The notes under the pieces were generated by a model, which was not told where the DNA came from, did not search any database, and was given only the letters and a program-made list of their open reading frames with translations. A stretch of 42,889 nt of DNA, taken from positions 1 to 42,889 of the forward strand of contig CANQCW010000004.1 of the NCBI GenBank assembly GCA_947591055.1, in the 5' to 3' direction. Position numbers and translations under genes: made by a program. This document shows, piece after piece, positions 36,788 through 42,889 of this stretch. The first letter of the stretch is position 1. The number at the start of each line of letters is the position of its first letter. This DNA comes from an uncultured Clostridia bacterium. GTDB lineage: Bacteria; Bacillota; Clostridia; TANB77; CAG-508.

Positions 36788-39702
36788 AGGACCATAATTA
36801 CACAATGACAGTTAATGGCAATAATATAATAAATAATGAAAACATAGCAAAAAGTATAATAACAGTAGATTTAGAAAAATCCTCTGATACAGATACTAAA
36901 GGCTTGAAACTTTCATATTATAAAGATGATGATGGAGATGGAAAATTAAATACTAAAGCTACAACAGTAAAAGTTGATACAATAGCTAAATACACAACAC
37001 ATGCTGAAATAAAAGATAATAATGGTACAGTAGAATTTAATTTTGAACAATTACCAGAAGGTAAAAATGTTATCCAATTATTAGATAGTACAGGAAAAGT
37101 ACTTACAGAAACAATAGTTACTAAAGATACATTAACAATACCTGTAGCTGTTGAGGTTACAACAAAACGTATAGATACATCAAAAGCATCTATGTCTTTC
37201 AAAGCTAAAGAAGGTAGCGATATTGTAAAAATGTATTATGCTGTACTTCCAGTAAGTAATGATAATAGTACAATTAGATATGTTGATATAACAAATGCAA
37301 TAAAGAAAATATCAAATGGAGATTCTGCAGATAATAGTATTGTAGCTGCTGCAGAAGTAGAAGTAAAAGATAATAAATTTGAGGGCACAATAGCTACAAA
37401 TTTAGTTAATAATACAGCTTATAGAGTTATATATGTAGTAGAAAATTCTCTAGGAAATAGATTTTATGGAAAAGATTCGACTAAAGGAACAAATGTAGTA
37501 GCTAGCAAACCTGTAACAACAAAAGCAACAATAGCTAAAGACGTTTATGGAACAAATGCAGAAAAAGAAGTTAAAAGTATTACACTTCCAGATTTAGAAA
37601 ATAATGGACCTGCAGATGCTAACTTTGAATGGACATTATCAAAAACAGAAACAGAAGATGTTTCAGCAAAAACATTCAAAGTAGAAGTTCTTGATGAAAA
37701 AGGAAAAGTTTTAAATGAAGTTGAAATCACAGGTACAAATACAGCTTCTTTAAATGAATTAGGTATAACAACTCCAGGAACATATAAAATAAAAGTTACA
37801 GTAAAAGGAAAAGATAATGGTAATACATCTGCTTCTGAATCAGTAGAATCAAAAACAATAACAATTGATTCATATGAAGCTGTAAAAAATATTGAATTTG
37901 TTAATGAAGATAATGAGAAAACATTAACATGGGAAAGTAATTATACTATAATCAATGAAGAAGGCGAAGGAAATATTGCTGGATATATAGTAGATTTATA
38001 TGAATATGATACAAAAACAGATGAATATAAGAAATTAGTATCAGCATCAAATCTATCTTCAAAAGAAAAGAAATTAGATATATCAGCATATATTACAGCA
38101 AATAAACTTTATAAAGCAGAAGTTAGAGTTGAAGCTAATCCTAACCAATCTGCTAAATTAACAGCTGAAGTTGGAGAATCAAAAGAATTTTTCGTATTAG
38201 CAGGTACATCTATATCAGTATCTAAAGACGAAAATAAAAAAGATAAAATAACAACAGATTCTGTTACATTAAAAGCTACTAAGGCTGTTGTAGGAAATAA
38301 AGAAGTATCATACGATTTAAGAGTATGGAAGAAAAATACTAATACAGGAGATTTTGATGGTGCTAGATATGCTGAAGTAACAAATAAATATATGTCAAAT
38401 GTTCAATTAAGCGAAACTAGTGAAGTTGAAGTTACTGGACTAGAAGAAGGAGCAACATATAGATTTGAATTAATAGTTAAAGTTGATAGTGCAGAAGCTT
38501 CTAGAACAACAGGTGATATTACATTATTAAAATTACCTATAGAGATAAAAGGATTAGTAGTATCTGAAACACCAGGAGAAGGAAAAATAGCAAAAACAAC
38601 TGATGGAATAAGTATAGATGACGTAGAAGTAAAATCTACAGATTTTGTAAAATATGCAAATAGTGCAGAACTAACTGTAGTATCAAGCTTGTTACAAAAT
38701 ACACCATCTCTAGTTTATGGAGATAAGATAACTTTAGACGAAGATAAACTAACAGTTGAATTACAAGCACAAGCATCAACTTCATCTGTAGCTGCAAGAG
38801 ATTTTGGAAACAAATTAGAAGGAATGACAGTTGAATTAAAAGGAAATACTTCTGATAAAATAATTAAAACAACAGCTAATACTAAAGGACCTAAAGAAAT
38901 TATATTATCTGAAGGAAGTAACTTTGATATATCAGGAGTTACTGCTGAAAAAATAACATTAAAGAATAATGTTAGCGTTAAAACTGGAATAAATAAAGTA
39001 ACAGTTGCTGATGGTGCTACAGTTACAATAAATGGAGTTATAGTTACAGCTAAAAATACAGAACTTACATTAAAATCTGATGCACAAGGTACTAAAAACT
39101 TTACAGTTGATCCAACAGGAAGTGGAGTTAACGCTGATATAACATTTGAAAATACTACAACTGATGCTGTTACAATAAATTTTGTTGGAGAAAATGATTT
39201 AAGTGGAAGACAACAAGGTTCTATCACAATTAGATCTGCTTCAGGAAAAGTAACATTATCATCTCAAAATTTCAATATTGAAAGTAAAATAGATGTTGTT
39301 GTTGAAAAAGGTGAAGTTGATATTTCTAGCAAATTCTTAACAGGTGATAAGACTGTAAGTGTAAAATCTGCTGATTCTAAAAATACTGCTAAAGTAACTA
39401 TAGAAGGACCAGAAGTTCCAACAGAGATAGCCAATGTTAAAATTGATAAGTATACATTAATTGATAGAAGCGAAAGTAGTTTAAAATCATTCTTTAATTC
39501 TTCAAGTAACCAAAGTAAAAATATAATAGATAAAACAGTTTCTTTATCTAACACAAAAGCAGTTAAAGAATACTTCGATAGTTTTAAAGAATTCTTCGAT
39601 AAAGGTGCTACATTATCTAAAGCTGCTAATTCAACAACTGTAACAATTACTTTTACAAAAGCAGTTGATGGAGCTATAGATATGTCTAACTTGACAAAAT
39701 AA
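36775..39702 (+). CDS. Silent cassette D (975 aa), FN3-like, paralog of C and E
   Basis: DQEVQDHNYTMTVNGNNII; no RBS or signal peptide; shares GATVTINGV, QQGSITI and KGEVD with C. Confidence 0.88.
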   Translation, partial: DQEVQDHNYTMTVNGNNIINNENIAKSIITVDLEKSSDTDTKGLKLSYYKDDDGDGKLNTKATTVKVDTIAKYTTHAEIKDNNGTVEFNFEQLPEGKNVIQLLDSTGKVLTETIVTKDTLTIPVAVEVTTKRIDTSKASMSFKAKEGSDIVKMYYAVLPVSNDNSTIRYVDITNAIKKISNGDSADNSIVAAAEVEVKDNKFEGTIATNLVNNTAYRVIYVVENSLGNRFYGKDSTKGTNVVASKPVTTKATIAKDVYGTNAEKEVKSITLPDLENNGPADANFEWTLSKTETEDVSAKTFKVEVLDEKGKVLNEVEITGTNTASLNELGITTPGTYKIKVTVKGKDNGNTSASESVESKTITIDSYEAVKNIEFVNEDNEKTLTWESNYTIINEEGEGNIAGYIVDLYEYDTKTDEYKKLVSASNLSSKEKKLDISAYITANKLYKAEVRVEANPNQSAKLTAEVGESKEFFVLAGTSISVSKDENKKDKITTDSVTLKATKAVVGNKEVSYDLRVWKKNTNTGDFDGARYAEVTNKYMSNVQLSETSEVEVTGLEEGATYRFELIVKVDSAEASRTTGDITLLKLPIEIKGLVVSETPGEGKIAKTTDGISIDDVEVKSTDFVKYANSAELTVVSSLLQNTPSLVYGDKITLDEDKLTVELQAQASTSSVAARDFGNKLEGMTVELKGNTSDKIIKTTANTKGPKEIILSEGSNFDISGVTAEKITLKNNVSVKTGINKVTVADGATVTINGVIVTAKNTELTLKSDAQGTKNFTVDPTGSGVNADITFENTTTDAVTINFVGENDLSGRQQGSITIRSASGKVTLSSQNFNIESKIDVVVEKGEVDISSKFLTGDKTVSVKSADSKNTAKVTIEGPEVPTEIANVKIDKYTLIDRSESSLKSFFNSSSNQSKNIIDKTVSLSNTKAVKEYFDSFKEFFDKGATLSKAANSTTVTITFTKAVDGAIDMSNLTK

Positions 39703-39710
39703 TTTAATTT

Positions 39711-39835
39711 AAAATAAGGTTTGAGTTATTAATTTAGCTCAAATCTTATTTTTATTTATATTTATACAATTAATAAATTAAAATATAATAAATAATAGCT
39801 TAACACTTGTAATCAAGTATTAAGCTATATTTTTT
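39711..39835. terminator. Two hairpins between convergent cassettes D and E
   Basis: Stem-loops at 39711-39752 and 39795-39828, both flanked by A/T runs. Confidence 0.7.
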
Positions 39836-39876
39836 AACTAAACCTTTAATCTAGGTATTGACATACTGTCTAAATA

Positions 39877-42702
39877 TTATTTTAATCCTTCAATATTAAC
39901 TGAAACTTGATTTCCTCTGTCATCCACTGTTTTATTTAATGAAATTGTTACTATGTTTCCTTTAGCTTCTAAAATCTTAGCACCATATTTTGTAGTTCCA
40001 CCATAAGTTGTTCCATATAATGTCGTAAATTTAGATAAATATGCATTTAATTTAGCAAGATTTTCTGCTTTTTTGTCTGGATCAACATCATATAATCCTG
40101 TAACTGCTTTGCTAAGTACTGAATTAGCTTTACTAATGTCAGAAATATTATATTCCTTTATATCTATTGCAGTTTTTATTTCAAATGGAGTTATATCAGC
40201 AGTTTTAACTTTTATTGTTTTAGCTCCAGTTGTAGTATTTGTTATTGTAACATTTTGTGCTCCTGATAAGTTACTTCCACTTAAATCAACTGTACCATCT
40301 GTAACATTAACTGTTATATCAGCTGAAAATGCTAATGAATTAGCTGTAACTGTAACATTTCCTTTTGCAGTAATATCTAATTTTCCAGATTGTGCATTTG
40401 TATCTGTTCCATCTCCATTAACAATTATATTTAAACCATTAGTATCTTCACTATTTAATATAATATTATTACTTGGTGTTGCAGAAATGGTAACGTTTGA
40501 GCTAACATCTATTGTAGTATCTGTTGAAACATTGATTTTAATTTTTTTATCCATAAAGTTAACTGGAGAAGCTCCTTCATTAGCCATAATAACAACTTTT
40601 GTTGCACCCTTAATTGTTGAACCTGCATTAATTTTTATTTCTTTTTGACTTGTAAGTCCTGTAATATCTAATGATTCATTATTTCCAGAAATTATTATAT
40701 TTCCTCCAACATTTCCTGTGATTCTTTGAGAGAAATTTCCTCCTTCTAAGTAAAGATCTCTATTTCCAATTGTCGTTCCTAATGCTCTTACTCTAGATCC
40801 TGTGTCTAATGCACAAAGTTTAACAGTTACAACATCTGATGTATATGTTAATATATCACCTACAACAAGATTATCAACTATATTTTTAATTTCTGCTAAT
40901 TCAGCTGGGTATTCTGCTGTCTTATATTCTTTTCCATCTACACTTATTCCATTAGTTGTTTTAGCAATTTCTCCTACTTTAGTTGTTACATTGTCTGCTA
41001 CAACTGTTTTATTTTCAATAGTTGGCATTGCTAATCTTGTATCAAACTCTGCACTATATCCAGAAACACCTTCAATACCATTTACTGTTGCATATAATCT
41101 AATTACATATTTTGTACCTGGTTGTAATCCTTTAACATCAAATGTTCCATCTGCTTTTACAGTAACATCTTGAGTTAATTTTGATACTTCTTTATATTTT
41201 CCATCAAATAATCCATCTGGATCATTTGTATTATATAAGAATACTTTTACTCTATATGTTGGGGTCATGCCTGAAACTTCACGACTAGTTATTTTAAATG
41301 TAGCTGAATCTGACCCAGCTATGCCTTCTATTGCTGGCGTATAGACTTTAAAGAATTCCTTTGATTTAACTTCATCTGAATCTACTACAGATAATTTATC
41401 GCCTGTTGCTTTTGTTGTAACATAAGCTTTATATAATACATTATCTGTCATTGAAGATATACCTTCAATTTTTGTATCTTCTACTGGAGATCCACTAGTT
41501 AATTGTACTTTATTTGTATAATCTTTATTTGATATATCATATCCATATAAATCTACATTGTATCCCTTAACATCTTCTGCTGGTGATGTACTAGCATCCC
41601 ATGTTAATACAGAGTTATTATATTTATCTACATCTAATTTTATATTGTCTGCATTAACTGCATCTAATTTAGAAACTGTTGTTTCATTTGATTTAAATGT
41701 AGCTGATGGTAATTTATTACCAGATCCTTCTCCGTATACTTCAAAGTAATATGTTCCTGCTGTAAGAGGAGAAGATACAAATGTATCAAGAGTTGTACTT
41801 AAAACTGCGATTCCTGTTTTTTCTTCTATAGCTTTTCCATCTCTATATAATACAACTGTAAATTTATTTGATCCTATTGTTTCTCCTTCAGCTAATTTCC
41901 ATGTAAGTTGAACATCTGATAATTTGTTAACTGTAGCTACATCAGTAATTTTTGCATCTACTATAGTTGGAGCTAAAGTTGTAGCACCATCTTTTTCCCA
42001 TGGAATAAGAGCCTTTTCTGAAAGAACTGAAGTTGATACATTTCCATATTCATCTTCTAATATAAAATATACATCAAATGTTTTATCTTCATAAGTTGTT
42101 TCATCTGTTAATAAAATTGGTGCTTCTACTACTTTGTTATTAGTAATTTGAATATATTTTGCCTCTTTCAAATCTCCAAATTCTGATACATTAGAAGGTG
42201 CACTTGAACTACTTGTAGCAGCACTATTAGCTTTTTTTAAGTAATAAGCTTTTACTATATTATCTTCACTTTTAACACTAAAAGATACAGTTCCTGTTGA
42301 AGATGCTGGACGATTTCCTTTTAATCCAACAAGTTTTGTATCTTTCATTGCATTTGTGCGAGCATCTAATTTAAATTCAGCCAATGTACCAACTTTGGTA
42401 TTACCAGACATTTCTACTAATCTAAATTTATATACTTTATCTTGCGTAATTACACGAGATAAATTCATTTTAGGTAAATCAATTTTAGATGTATTTGCTG
42501 GTATTGTTATAGTACTTGGACTAGTTGAAATTACACTACCTAATGTTCCATCATCGTTTACCAAATATATTTTAGCAAATTTAGATGTGTCTAATTCACT
42601 TTTTATACGTAGACTTGTTTCTACAGCTCCAACATTCTTATTATTTACATATTTGCCAACAGGAGTAACTGTAAAGTTACCATCCCCTGGAACTTCTTGT
42701 TC
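39877..42702 (-). CDS. Silent cassette E (941 aa), FN3-like
   Basis: Frame open for 46 codons upstream of the track start (EQEVPGDGNFTVTPVG...); TGA immediately before the site. Confidence 0.88.
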   Translation of the reverse strand, partial: EQEVPGDGNFTVTPVGKYVNNKNVGAVETSLRIKSELDTSKFAKIYLVNDDGTLGSVISTSPSTITIPANTSKIDLPKMNLSRVITQDKVYKFRLVEMSGNTKVGTLAEFKLDARTNAMKDTKLVGLKGNRPASSTGTVSFSVKSEDNIVKAYYLKKANSAATSSSSAPSNVSEFGDLKEAKYIQITNNKVVEAPILLTDETTYEDKTFDVYFILEDEYGNVSTSVLSEKALIPWEKDGATTLAPTIVDAKITDVATVNKLSDVQLTWKLAEGETIGSNKFTVVLYRDGKAIEEKTGIAVLSTTLDTFVSSPLTAGTYYFEVYGEGSGNKLPSATFKSNETTVSKLDAVNADNIKLDVDKYNNSVLTWDASTSPAEDVKGYNVDLYGYDISNKDYTNKVQLTSGSPVEDTKIEGISSMTDNVLYKAYVTTKATGDKLSVVDSDEVKSKEFFKVYTPAIEGIAGSDSATFKITSREVSGMTPTYRVKVFLYNTNDPDGLFDGKYKEVSKLTQDVTVKADGTFDVKGLQPGTKYVIRLYATVNGIEGVSGYSAEFDTRLAMPTIENKTVVADNVTTKVGEIAKTTNGISVDGKEYKTAEYPAELAEIKNIVDNLVVGDILTYTSDVVTVKLCALDTGSRVRALGTTIGNRDLYLEGGNFSQRITGNVGGNIIISGNNESLDITGLTSQKEIKINAGSTIKGATKVVIMANEGASPVNFMDKKIKINVSTDTTIDVSSNVTISATPSNNIILNSEDTNGLNIIVNGDGTDTNAQSGKLDITAKGNVTVTANSLAFSADITVNVTDGTVDLSGSNLSGAQNVTITNTTTGAKTIKVKTADITPFEIKTAIDIKEYNISDISKANSVLSKAVTGLYDVDPDKKAENLAKLNAYLSKFTTLYGTTYGGTTKYGAKILEAKGNIVTISLNKTVDDRGNQVSVNIEGLK

Positions 42703-42703
42703 T
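42690..42703 (-). repeat. Putative recombination site E
   Basis: AGAACAAGAAGTTC, identical to the 14-mer of expression site X, in inverted orientation. Confidence 0.88.
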
Positions 42704-42875
42704 CAACAAATCGATAAATTTATTGATTTTACATAGGTTTCCTGTATTTTATAAAAAATTATATAGAGCAGCTAAAAAAACTATTTGATTGCAAATTTTG
42801 TAAAAAAATTAGAAAAATTTGCATTGAGTTGCATTTTTTTATAAAATAGTATATAATAATAATGGAGGCGATAAT

Positions 42876-42889
42876 ATGGTAGAAAGAAA
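42876..42889 (+). CDS. 5' end of a gene running off the window (MVER...)
   Basis: GGAGG RBS, ATG 42876, promoter TTGCAT(42829)-17-TATAAT(42852); too short to identify. Confidence 0.65.

Noticed and set aside
17355-42703. Cellulosome gene cluster or diversity-generating retroelement
   Set aside because: No recognisable glycoside hydrolase domains; no reverse transcriptase or TR/VR pair
20447-42736. Numerous 60-190 aa ORFs antisense to the cassettes
   Set aside because: Shadow frames of Thr/Val/Ser-rich coding DNA; no RBS or motifs
42876-42889. Right-edge gene as the recombinase
   Set aside because: Position is suggestive, but four codons carry no evidence; MVER[K/N] also resembles starts of AAA/DUF4143 ATPases

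Overview
Low-GC Firmicutes (Clostridia-like, inferred) chromosomal window. The left 17 kb holds housekeeping genes (Ca2+ P-type ATPase, tRNA-Glu(CTC), mrnC, rbgA, DUF1292, SLT, polA, two GT-C glycosyltransferases). It also holds one complete type III ToxIN-family toxin-antitoxin (TA) locus and the antitoxin repeat array of a second one at the left edge. The right 26 kb is an apparent shufflon-like surface-protein variation locus. A cohesin-like, sortase-signal-bearing anchor gene (17355) precedes one expressed gene (18172: signal peptide + dockerin + variable C-terminus). Five start-less, signal-less cassettes of ~940-1110 aa follow. Each opens exactly at a copy of AGAMCAAGAAGTT (encoding D/E-Q-E-V), in the same frame as the copy inside the expressed gene. 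The cassettes form three tail-to-tail pairs flanked by inverted sites and separated by TA-rich spacers. A seventh site leads into an immediate stop (a possible null state) inside a mazF fragment. No recombinase gene is visible in the window, so inversion is inferred, not shown. All family assignments come from motif recognition by eye, not from database searches.
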